From NCBI GenBank assembly GCA_937911445.1, contig CALDQY010000189.1, positions 185-64,184 on the forward strand: a stretch of 64,000 bases of DNA, given 5' to 3'. The stretch comes from an uncultured Rhodobiaceae bacterium. Lineage in GTDB: Archaea; Thermoplasmatota; Poseidoniia; Poseidoniales; Poseidoniaceae. The translations under genes and the position numbers were made by a program. Shown here piece by piece: positions 29,352-39,100 of this stretch. The stretch's first letter is position 1; each line of letters opens with the position of its first letter. The notes beneath the pieces are model-generated. The model was not told where the DNA came from, searched no databases, and saw nothing but the letters and a program-made list of their open reading frames with translations.

Positions 29352-31731
29352 TGGCTGGATTTTGGACGCCCATCTTTGCTCAGCACAACTCGAAATGCTG
29401 GTATGGATTGTGACTGAGGAGGGCTCTGTTGTTTCATTTCGTGAGCCTTGGCATCCTACACTGCATGTCGCCGGAAGTTCATCAGATCTCGATCATCTCG
29501 TCGAATGGTTGTCGCAGCCAGAACTCTGGATACGATACGGTCTGCAACGTTATGCCTTTGAGAGAAAACGACCCGAATTGGGTTCCTTCGATACGGAACG
29601 TATGCTCGCACTTACGCTCGAATCGTCCGCTACATTACGCGCACTCGCCGAACACATCGATGCGCGTGGTGAACATGTTCGATACAACCTCTATTCCGTA
29701 GATGTTCGAGCTGAACAGCAGTACCTCACTTCGAAGCGATTGACCATTGGTTCACCTGTGTGCCTCGAAAACAACCACCTTTCGCTCTTGGAAAGAGATG
29801 TTCAACGACGTGACTGGCGATGTTGTCGACTTGAGGTTGTTCTCGAGGAGATTGGTCAAGGAGAAACGCTGTGTCGCCAGCCAACACGTGTTTTCGTTAC
29901 ACCATGCGATACGTCTGGCACCGTCACAGGGCCACAAGTTGCTTTTTTTCTGCAGCAATCCTCATCTCTCCAACAATTGGAACAGTGGTTTCAAGCGTAT
30001 GATCCTGATCTTGTGCTGTCGCTGCGTGGCGATACCGAAGGGTTTCCACATCTGTTGCGCTACGTTGAAGCCAAACATACAGCGCTCTGTCTTGGACGAA
30101 ACCAAACCCCTCTGAGACAGATTGGTCAAACGAGGATTCTTTCGTCCTATGGGCAGGTGTTGCGAAGCAATCCTCAGTTCCCACTCGAAGGTCGTATTCA
30201 TATCGATCTTTCGTCAAGTTTCATGTTTCGGGAGGGGGGACTCGATGGACTGTACGAACTTGCGCGTGTTTCTGCAACGCGAATCAGTGATGCCTCAAGG
30301 AAATCTCCGGGTTCGGTGATCAGCGCGATACAATACCGAGTAGCGATGGAAGATGGTGTGCTTGTTCCGTGGAAAAAGACGCGTCCCGAGGACACGAAGT
30401 CTGCATGGGATTTGTTGCAATCCGACCGAGGAGGGCTCTACTTGGACAGCCGGCCTGGTGTCTATGCTAACGTCATCGAACTCGATTTTGCAAGTCTCTT
30501 TCCAAGCATCATCGCAACACGCAACATCTCTCCAGAGACATTGAATTGCAGTTGTTGTCAACCGACCAAGAACACCACGCCACTACCTCTCCACCCGGAT
30601 GAAGCCAAAAAGCGGTTTCAATTGCAACAGCAGCAATGGAAATCAGCAAGTCTTGCATTTCCTCAACAGTGCTCAAATGCGTTTCAGGTCCCTGAATTAA
30701 TGACGCATACATGTGGTCGCAGGCATGGTTTTCTCGGCCGAGTCGTTGCACCTCTCATCGAACGACGTCGTCACCTTAAGCAGCAAATTGTCGTTAAGGG
30801 CGATGCCGCCGATCGTCAGCAGAACGCTCTCAAATGGCTTCTTGTCACGTGTTTTGGTTACACGGGATATCGAAACGCTCGTTTTGGTCGTATTGAAGCA
30901 CATGAAGCCATATGTGCTTGGGCTCGTGAACTTCTCTTGCAGACCATCGAATGTGCCCAAGAACGTGGTTGGGAAGTGTTGCATGCCATTGTCGACTCCA
31001 TCTGGATCCGTGATCGAGAGGGTCGTTCTCTCGAAGAACAGCATCACTCTGCGATGGATCTTTCGAATCATGTGCATAAAATGACGGGCATTCCTCTCGA
31101 ATACGAAGCAACGTACCGCTGCATTGCCTTTCTTCCAAGTCGGATGCACAGCGGTGGTTCACTGACGAAGTATTGGGCATATGGCGAGAAGGGAATGAAG
31201 ATTCGAGGGCTTGAGTTACGGCAACATTCGACGTGTCCTTGGGTTGCTCAACTGCAAACACGCGCCTTAGAAATGCTGGCGAATGCCGATGATTTGGCAG
31301 ATGGCATTCCAAGCTATCGTGTACAATGCCAAATTCAACGGCTTCTCCTCGACGAAGTGCAGCGTCTTGAACACTACCAGATACGTGCAAAGGATTTGCT
31401 CGTTGCCCAACGAATCTCTCGAAGGCCCTCTGCGAATTCCTCACAAACCGTGGCCATGTTGGCCTATCAGCGCTCAGAGTCGCTAGGTTATCCTTTGGAA
31501 TTGGCCTCAAAGGTACGTTTTGTTGTGTGCACAAAAGATGCCATTAATCCGTTGCAACGTGTTGTTCTTGCACGGGAATGTGAACACCTGGATGGTCCAT
31601 TTCGGCGCATCGATGTTGATTACTACCGTCGACTTGCTGTGCGGGCAATATGGTCGGTTCTCGCTCCATTTGGTTGGTCGGAAGAGCAACTGCTTGAGCC
31701 GCCAGTCGCTCGGCTGGAACAATGGATGTAA
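29338..31731 (+). CDS. polB: family-B DNA polymerase, bacterial Pol II-like, with substituted exonuclease and motif B/C residues
   Basis: 'QWFQAYDPDL' aligns with E. coli Pol II 'AWFANYDPDV'. Motif A 'DSRPGVYANVIELDFASLFPSII' aligns with 'DSRPGLYDSVLVLDYKSLYPSII'. Motif C appears as 'HAIVDSIW' in place of 'YGDTDS'. Motif B appears as 'KWLLVTCFGYTG' in place of 'KIIMNAFYG'. Exo I/II acidic residues are not recoverable. About 797 aa from ATG 29338. Confidence 0.8.
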   Translation: MTSTSGWILDAHLCSAQLEMLVWIVTEEGSVVSFREPWHPTLHVAGSSSDLDHLVEWLSQPELWIRYGLQRYAFERKRPELGSFDTERMLALTLESSATLRALAEHIDARGEHVRYNLYSVDVRAEQQYLTSKRLTIGSPVCLENNHLSLLERDVQRRDWRCCRLEVVLEEIGQGETLCRQPTRVFVTPCDTSGTVTGPQVAFFLQQSSSLQQLEQWFQAYDPDLVLSLRGDTEGFPHLLRYVEAKHTALCLGRNQTPLRQIGQTRILSSYGQVLRSNPQFPLEGRIHIDLSSSFMFREGGLDGLYELARVSATRISDASRKSPGSVISAIQYRVAMEDGVLVPWKKTRPEDTKSAWDLLQSDRGGLYLDSRPGVYANVIELDFASLFPSIIATRNISPETLNCSCCQPTKNTTPLPLHPDEAKKRFQLQQQQWKSASLAFPQQCSNAFQVPELMTHTCGRRHGFLGRVVAPLIERRRHLKQQIVVKGDAADRQQNALKWLLVTCFGYTGYRNARFGRIEAHEAICAWARELLLQTIECAQERGWEVLHAIVDSIWIRDREGRSLEEQHHSAMDLSNHVHKMTGIPLEYEATYRCIAFLPSRMHSGGSLTKYWAYGEKGMKIRGLELRQHSTCPWVAQLQTRALEMLANADDLADGIPSYRVQCQIQRLLLDEVQRLEHYQIRAKDLLVAQRISRRPSANSSQTVAMLAYQRSESLGYPLELASKVRFVVCTKDAINPLQRVVLARECEHLDGPFRRIDVDYYRRLAVRAIWSVLAPFGWSEEQLLEPPVARLEQWM

Positions 31732-32401
31732 AGTGGCTCAATTGTTGTTGGTCTATTGGATGGCTCGATTGTTTCATGGTCACTTGGTAAACGCCTGTGG
31801 AGCCTGTGAGCCGAAGTGTTGTTTTCTCTCGGTCCCCCCATGTTCCTTGTAATCGATGGCGAACATAAGGCCGCATCGTATGCTTGAGTTGTTGATGCAA
31901 GGGAGAGGTCGTCTTTCCATCGAGAAGAACAATTGGACAGTTTCGACCTACTTCTTCAAGCGAAGCCATGCAATGGCGTAGAATCGAACGTGCTTCAAAT
32001 CGTTTGATTTGTTCATCAAGGAACATTGCGAGCATACCATCGACAACGATCATCGATGCCTGTGTTAATGCAACCTCATGCCGAATTCTTTGGATAAGTG
32101 CATGCAGTTGATGTAAGGTGAATCCTCGCCCAATGTACAATCGACGTAACCCGTCTTCGATAGGACAATCCAGTGAACGCATGGATGGAAAAAATCCGCT
32201 TGGATCAAATCGATGACCTCCATCAATCCAATGCACAGCATGCCCTCTCGAAAGAAGAATGCTCGTCCAATGTTGAGCGAGTACTCGCCCGTCTTTTCCA
32301 AAGTATCCTGGTCCCTCGAGCAGGGTGATGCCTGTCGAAGGGATACGCAGTTCACTACGTTGTCGTTCTACTGGATGCATTGTCTCACCAAGTATTGCCA
32401 A
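31544..32401 (-). CDS. RecA-fold protein with degenerate P-loop (ImuA/SulA-like)
   Basis: 'ITLLEGPGYFGKDGRVLAQHW...HAVHWIDGGHRFDP' matches the RecA-family P-loop/strand pattern, but with GKD instead of GK[ST]. Walker-B-like 'ASMIVVDGMLAMF'. The ORF's last ~60 codons overlap the PolB 3' end convergently. Confidence 0.55.
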   Translation of the reverse strand: MAILGETMHPVERQRSELRIPSTGITLLEGPGYFGKDGRVLAQHWTSILLSRGHAVHWIDGGHRFDPSGFFPSMRSLDCPIEDGLRRLYIGRGFTLHQLHALIQRIRHEVALTQASMIVVDGMLAMFLDEQIKRFEARSILRHCMASLEEVGRNCPIVLLDGKTTSPLHQQLKHTMRPYVRHRLQGTWGDREKTTLRLTGSTGVYQVTMKQSSHPIDQQQLSHFTSIVPAERLAAQAVALPTNQMEREPTILPAQQVDGSNQHRCAEMDHPGVHIPVQEQHVATD

Positions 32402-32453
32402 TCACTGAAACCAAACCTCAGTGTTTTTGTAGGGAGTAATGGAAAAGTGAAGG

Positions 32454-33602
32454 ATGAATTTCAAACACTGTCGACAAGTGTGTCGATGTGTGCGTGAAGA
32501 GCGAATCATCATCCATTGCGACCTCGATGCATTTTTCGCATCGGTCGAAATCCTTCATCATGGCTTTCCTGAGGATGAACCGTTAATCATTGGCTCGGAT
32601 CCGATGCAAGGACGTGGCCGAGGCATTGTATCGACGTGCAACTATGCTGCAAGGGAATACGGTGTTCGGTCTGCGATGCCAATTTCTGAAGCATGGCGCA
32701 GATGTCCCGGACACCCTTTTGGCCCTGCCCGCTTCATTAGGGGTACTCGATCATTGTATTCGATGGCTTCACGACGCGTTATGAAGATTCTGAGGCAAGA
32801 TTCAGACAAGTTTGAACAGGCGAGCATCGACGAAGCCTATCTCGATGTTACTGAGATTGTCAAGCACGATTGGGATGAAGCGATGGCCCTTGCACGAAGA
32901 CTGCAACGATCGATTCATGCGAAGGTAGGCTTAACAGCATCTTTCGGAATTGGGCCAACACGAATCATAGCGAAGATGTCCTCCGAAGTGAACAAACCAA
33001 ACGGTATTCATCGAGTTCTACCCGATGAGATTTCAGAGTTCTTCGAGGCTCGATCTGTGAGAGAAGTACCGGGCATTGGTCCGAAAACTGCCAATGTTCT
33101 CTCGGAGTGGGGTGTGACAACCATGGACGAGGCCGTTGAATTGGGTGAACTCGCTCTAGCCAGAATGACATCTCGTCGATTTGCTTCTTGGTTGTTGAGG
33201 GTGGTTGAGGGTTTAACTTCCAACGATGTTAGTCCTCTAAGATCCCGTCGCTCGATTGGCAAAGAGCGAACATTTTCCAGCGATCAAAGTGATCATGAGC
33301 ATGTGCTCGAACTTCTTGAACAATTGACACAGACTGTGCTAGAAAAGGCTCGAACTGAAGGAATTGCAGGCCGTCTTGCAGAAGTCAAAATCCGGTACAC
33401 TGGTTTCGAAACACATACGCACGGACGATCAATACCTGTTGCCATGGACGATACAGATGTGTTTCTGAGACAAGTCCGCAGACTGTTTGCAGAAAACGTC
33501 CACCAGGACGAAAAAATCCGCCTCATCGGTTTTCGACTAGGGCAACTCGAAGAATTGGACTCCCGTCAAACGACGCTGGATTTTGTCGATGAATCAGAGT
33601 AA
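32454..33602 (+). CDS. dinB: Y-family DNA polymerase IV (DinB/Dpo4)
   Basis: 'IIHCDLDAFFASVE' and 'SIDEAYLDVT' catalytic motifs are intact. 'GIGPKTA' helix-hairpin-helix. Real start may be GTG 32490 just upstream of 'RIIIHCD'. Confidence 0.85.
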   Translation: MNFKHCRQVCRCVREERIIIHCDLDAFFASVEILHHGFPEDEPLIIGSDPMQGRGRGIVSTCNYAAREYGVRSAMPISEAWRRCPGHPFGPARFIRGTRSLYSMASRRVMKILRQDSDKFEQASIDEAYLDVTEIVKHDWDEAMALARRLQRSIHAKVGLTASFGIGPTRIIAKMSSEVNKPNGIHRVLPDEISEFFEARSVREVPGIGPKTANVLSEWGVTTMDEAVELGELALARMTSRRFASWLLRVVEGLTSNDVSPLRSRRSIGKERTFSSDQSDHEHVLELLEQLTQTVLEKARTEGIAGRLAEVKIRYTGFETHTHGRSIPVAMDDTDVFLRQVRRLFAENVHQDEKIRLIGFRLGQLEELDSRQTTLDFVDESE

Positions 33603-36056
33603 TTTGTGCATCCGAGTGAGGGTATCATGGAATCCAGTGAGGTTGTCTGGAATCACGATGCCTTCAATCTCAGCATTCAGCGATAAGCCGTTTTCTTTCT
33701 TCGTTTTCCAAACCTCACTGTTGAAGGATTCAATGCCTGAAGTTTTGGAATTCAAATCCTCATCGACCGATGGTAGATTGGGGAAGGAATCAACATCAAC
33801 AGCGCTCGTTCCGTAGAGCGTCATCGATATGTGATGGCAAAAGAAGGGACAAACTGGGCTGAATGCAGCGAGGAAATCACGTAGAATGCTATGAATGGTC
33901 CAAGCAGCATGCTGATCTCCATCGTACAACCGAGATTTTGCCATTTCAAGCCAATGTGAAGGCAAAATCCCAGTTCCGAATGTCTTGAGTGCCTGAGTGG
34001 CAGTGTAAATATCGAGGTTTTCCCAAGATGTTCGAACGCTTGCCATCATGGTTGCGAACTCAGATTGAATCCAACGATCTTCAATAGGATACGGTGCAGA
34101 TGGCTCATCCTCTGGACAATCAAACTGGCTGGCAAATCGGGCGACGTTGAATATCTTCGTTAGTACACCGAAGTACTTCGATTCAATTTCTTCTGGATTG
34201 ATGTGAAAATCATCTCCAACTTGAGCTTCGCATGCCTTCCACAGACGAAAACACTCACTGCCAATTTTGTTCGCTTTGAGACTGACCGAACCATCAGGTC
34301 CTCGCACCTTCCATGAACCTGTTCGTCCTCCTGCACCACATTCGAGGACACTATCTGCATCAATTCCATTTCCGAGCGATTTGGACATCTTTCTGCCCCA
34401 CGGGTCCATGCCTAGACCATCGATCCATACATGCTTGAAACCAGGTTTCTCTAGCAACAGGGCAGATTTCAGAAGGGTGTAATACAACCACGTACGAACG
34501 ATTTCTTTTCCTTGAGGGCGTAAAGCCGTTGGGAACGCCTTTTCGAAAACCTCTGGTTGGTTGAGATACCCGCTGACAAACAGATTGGAGTTGGAGGAAT
34601 CCATCCACGTATCGAAGACTTTCTCTTCACCACGGATTTGTCCCATTTGTTCTTCAAGTTCGGAATACAATCCGATGTCTTCTCTTGTGTCTCGCTGCAG
34701 AACTCTCGACCCTTCAGGAGGTGCGTCCTTCCACGGCTGTACATAGGTTCCAGCTGGTGGAACGATGATGTGTTCCTCGTCTTCGGAGTACCAAATTGGA
34801 ATTTCAGTGTGGTACCATCGTCGTCGTGATATTGGCCAATCGATGCTGATGTTGTCCATCCAATCCAACAAGAATTGTCGGTTGCGCTGCGGGTGGAATT
34901 CGATCTGTTCAATCAAGTCGAGCATCTTGTCTTGCATGTGTGTTTGGCGAACGTACCATTCCTTCAGTAGGATGATTTCGACAGGATTCTTTCCTCGTTC
35001 TGAAACGGGAACTTCTTGCTGTCGCTCTTCAATGGCATCGATATTGCCCTCCATTTCCAACATCTCGATGGCTTTTGCACGGGCATCAAGGACGGATAAC
35101 CCTTCAAGTGGACCCGAGATTGAGGTCATGCATCCGTTCAAATCGATCGCTTGGAATGGTGCTAGGCCTAGTTCTCTGAAGACTGCGACGTCGTTTTGAT
35201 CACCGAACGAACAAACCATGAGAATTCCACTTCCAAACTCGGACTTGACCGATGGGTGTGTCTGTATTTCAACGGATTGTGCACGTCCGGATACTGGCAT
35301 TGGAAGAATGGCTTTCTTCCCAACAAGGTGTTGGTAACGCTGGTCATCTGGATGAACAACAACGACGCCACAAGCGCAAATCAATTCCGGCCGAGTTGTC
35401 GAGATAACAAGGTCCTCACCGTCTTCGGTCGTCCAACGAACATCAACCAATTTGGTCATTCGACCAATTCGCTCCACTTCAGCATCAGCAATGGTCGTTC
35501 CTTCGACTGGGTCGTAGATGTTGGGTCTCAAATCTTCGACGATGTCTCCTTTCTTGAACAGTTCAATGAAGATTGATTGGGTTACTGATCTGTAATCAGG
35601 AGCGTCGGTGAGATACTCTGCGGCAAAATCGCAAGATAGGCCAACACGAGCAGCAGTTTTTCGCATGGCTTGTGTGAACGTCTCGATCGTTTCACGACAT
35701 AAATTGAGAAACTCTTCTCGGCCGTATGTCTTCATTTTCCGCTTTGTGTTCTTTTCGACGGTGAATTCAATATTGATTCCGTTCCGATCCACACCCCAAG
35801 GGAAGTAGACTTCCTTACCAAGCAATCGCTGAGAACGTGCCAGAACATCGATCATCGAATATTGTGCAACAGCGCCAATGTGCCACGTTCCCGATGGGTA
35901 TGGAGGTGGTGTGTCAATCACAAAAATTGGTTTCCCACTCTGTGGATTGAAACCATATCGTTGTTGATAGGCATTTTCATCGGCGTAATGTTGTTCTTGT
36001 ATGCTCTTTTCGAGGTCGATTGACCATCGCTTTTCTGGAAGTCGAGGCGTTCCCAT
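33594..36056 (-). CDS. valS: valyl-tRNA synthetase
   Basis: 'PPPYPSGTWHIGAV' HIGH region. 'TTRPELICACGVVVVHPDDQRY' (ValRS 'TTRPET...VHPED'). 'KMSKSLGNGID'. Start set at Met 36056 (MGTPRLPEKRW). The upstream 64 codons are probably not translated. Confidence 0.8.
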   Translation of the reverse strand: MGTPRLPEKRWSIDLEKSIQEQHYADENAYQQRYGFNPQSGKPIFVIDTPPPYPSGTWHIGAVAQYSMIDVLARSQRLLGKEVYFPWGVDRNGINIEFTVEKNTKRKMKTYGREEFLNLCRETIETFTQAMRKTAARVGLSCDFAAEYLTDAPDYRSVTQSIFIELFKKGDIVEDLRPNIYDPVEGTTIADAEVERIGRMTKLVDVRWTTEDGEDLVISTTRPELICACGVVVVHPDDQRYQHLVGKKAILPMPVSGRAQSVEIQTHPSVKSEFGSGILMVCSFGDQNDVAVFRELGLAPFQAIDLNGCMTSISGPLEGLSVLDARAKAIEMLEMEGNIDAIEERQQEVPVSERGKNPVEIILLKEWYVRQTHMQDKMLDLIEQIEFHPQRNRQFLLDWMDNISIDWPISRRRWYHTEIPIWYSEDEEHIIVPPAGTYVQPWKDAPPEGSRVLQRDTREDIGLYSELEEQMGQIRGEEKVFDTWMDSSNSNLFVSGYLNQPEVFEKAFPTALRPQGKEIVRTWLYYTLLKSALLLEKPGFKHVWIDGLGMDPWGRKMSKSLGNGIDADSVLECGAGGRTGSWKVRGPDGSVSLKANKIGSECFRLWKACEAQVGDDFHINPEEIESKYFGVLTKIFNVARFASQFDCPEDEPSAPYPIEDRWIQSEFATMMASVRTSWENLDIYTATQALKTFGTGILPSHWLEMAKSRLYDGDQHAAWTIHSILRDFLAAFSPVCPFFCHHISMTLYGTSAVDVDSFPNLPSVDEDLNSKTSGIESFNSEVWKTKKENGLSLNAEIEGIVIPDNLTGFHDTLTRMHKLL

Positions 36057-36189
36057 GCTTAACACCGGCCCTGCCCCCTGTGAACGGGGGGGTCCGATTG
36101 ACCCTGTGTGCGTTTCTTTTTCAACGGTTCCCTCACAACGAGACAGCAATACTTTCAATGAAAGACCCGAGGGGCTACTGGGTAGCCGT

Positions 36190-39100
36190 ATGCCGGAAGA
36201 CGCCGAAGACACAACATCCTCCCATGGTGAGGAGGACGTTGGACGCATTCAGGCGATTGCTGACTACAGTCGAGAGCGTGTACGAGTAGCCTCGGTTGAC
36301 ATCTCTGCCCGAGTGCGTGACTTTGATGCAAAAAAGGCAGTTGATGCAGTTCTCGAAGCTCCGAAGAGGTTGAAACGGGAATGGCAAAAAACCGGAGCAA
36401 CAGGTGTTATCACACGTTTTCCGATTGCAACAGTGGCCTTGTTTTTGATGATCACATTGTATTTTGTCACAACGTCAGGATTCCTTGACGACACGCAGTT
36501 TGATGATGATCCGAACGAACCTGCACTCAATGTCAATGGTGACATGGAAGTATACCTCCCAGATGGGAGTGAAGTCAAGGAACTAATCGAAATGGTTGAA
36601 GCGGATTGGACGACCAACGTTATGGTCATTTACATAGAATCGGATAAAAACAACATAACTGACCAAAGGATTTTGCAAGAAATCAGTTATGTTGAAAAAA
36701 GCATCAATCCTTATGTCTCTGACAATGAAAGCGATGATGTCATTTACATTCTTTCAATTTCGACGGTACTGAAGGAAATCAATTCAAGTTTGCCGCGTGT
36801 ACGTGACGCTTTCATCACCGAGTTGGGTCGCCAATGCCCATCTTTCCAAGAGGTCTGTGAGAACTTCGCCGCTAGTGTCAACACGGCATTGTCGGCAGGT
36901 GATGACCAATTTGCTGGTGGTTACGAAATTCCTTCCCAGACAACCATCGATTTGATCATCGGTGAAATGTACGAAAACGATGGGTCTCCTACGCCAGGTC
37001 TGGATAAACTCGCACGGAATACCAATGCATGCAGCGGCCAACCGAACGATGAAGGTACTGATGACAACGGTTGTTTTGATGGCGAGGACTTGAAACTCGA
37101 TCGAGCCATTATGGCAGTTGCAGTTGTCGACTCTATCGAGGCCAAAGATATCATCGAGGCAACACAACAACGCCTTGACAACATCTCGACCGAACAGCGT
37201 CCATGTGAATTCGATCAAAACGGTAACCCAGCGAGTGCTGACCGTTGTACCTGGGACGATCTTGGCCTGAAAATGACTCTTACAGGGCCCGTTCCCATTA
37301 CGAATTCTGTGACCGAGTTTTCGTTCCGTTTGTTCTGGGAAATTTTCCCGCTAGCAGTTGTCCTTGTCGCTATTGGTCTCTTTGTCTTCCACTCAGATCT
37401 TCTGCAAGCAGGTATCTCTGGTATACGCCCAATTCAAGGAATCAAAGTCGTCATCATTGCCGGTCTTCCAACACTGTGTGCAGTCTTTTGGACATTGGGA
37501 ATTATCGGGGCATCGAATTATGAAGTGACGATGACGGTCATTATCGTGGGTCCAATTTTGCTTGCATTAGGTGTCTCGTATGGTTTGCACATCACCAACA
37601 GATACGCTGAAGAAGAAGGTAGCAGAACCGAAAAGATGCAAGCTTCGATGAAATCAACTGGTCGTGCTGTTTTCTTATCTGCTGTCACAACCGTCATTGG
37701 ATTTATTTCACTGATTTTCACGCCTATGGCGCCAATCAAAACCGTTGGTATTGCGCTTTCAGGTGGAATTGTCATCGTCTACATCCTGACGATGTTTATG
37801 GTTCCAAATCTTACCCTGATTCTTGATTTACGTAAACCGAAACATCCTCCACTGAAAGTGTTTGATGCTGCTGTTGACGTACCGGTCAAACGCAACCGTA
37901 GTCTTATTGCGTTCTTCCTAATCCTGGTATTCGTTTCAGCAACGCTTGGCCAGTCCAATGTTGAAGAAAACATCGACCTGCTGGGTATGGCTCCTGAAGG
38001 TGAGCAACCGGTCATCAAGATGAAACAATACAGTCGTGAGTTCAATGCAGGCCAAATCGGTATGGTTCTTGTCCACGCAAACGTATCTGGCGATGTCACC
38101 GACAACGACCCAACCAATGATGATCCCGCTCAAAATCTGAAAATCATTGACGGCCTAGAGAGGAATCTCAATACTGTTGAAAATGCATCTGCTGTTTCTG
38201 TCGTGTTCCTCATGAAAGCAACTGGACTTGCCCCTACTCTCTCTGGTCAACCACTCCTTGCACAAATTCAAGAGATTCCTGGCTATGATATTCTACCAGA
38301 GGATGTTCGCAACACCTTCGAAGTCTTGCTTGATCAAGAGGTAACACAAGGTGCAACATTTTGGGATTTGCTGACCACTCCTGAAGAATTTGGCTTGCCG
38401 GGTTCAACGCAGAGTCAAATTTTCTTGCTCGATGTATTCTACTCTTCTCTGACAAAAGAAATGCGTGAAATTTTCATCAATTCGGATTATGATCGAACGC
38501 TGATTTACATCGACATGCCATTTATTCCTGTTGCTGATACCGCAGTGGCTGTTGATCAAATCAACGAATACTCTGAGGGATTCCAAGGTACGCATCAAGA
38601 ACGTGCTGAAAAACTGACAGGAGTCGCTGCAACCGCTATCGAAGTCAACAAATTGATTGTTGATTCGCAATGGACCTCACTCGGATTCGCCATCGTGCTT
38701 ACGCTGATTGTACTCGCCGTCGTGTTCAGAGACATTCGGTATTCACTCTTGACGACATCACCTGTGATTGCTACCGTTGCACTCCAATGGCTCGTTATGT
38801 GGCAAATGGATGTGCCATTATCCCTCGTAACCGTCATGATCGGATCGATTCTTGTTGGCGTCGGGGTCGACTTTTCGATTCACATCGCCAATCGTATACG
38901 TGAACTTGGCGGTGGGATTGAGGCGATTCGTTCTGCAGCGGTTGGAACAGGAATGTCGCTGTTTGAGGCTGCAGTCGTCACATCGCTTGGTATGTTTACT
39001 GCCTATCAAATTCCAATTCCTGAAATCAAACCTTTCGTGACGGTTATCCTCATTTTGCTCTGGGTTGCAGCAGCAAGTGCTTTGCTCCTCCTACCCGCTA

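Noticed and set aside
31520-31852. ORFs 31520..31852 (+), 31623..31841 (-) and 32065..32355 (-) around the ImuA-like gene
   Set aside because: They are alternative-frame overlaps of the PolB 3' end and the ImuA-like gene, with no motif content.
36001-36189. N-terminal 63-codon extension of the RND exporter ORF
   Set aside because: It would overlap the divergent valS coding region and start. An in-frame ATG at 36190 is followed by a plausible cytoplasmic N-terminus.
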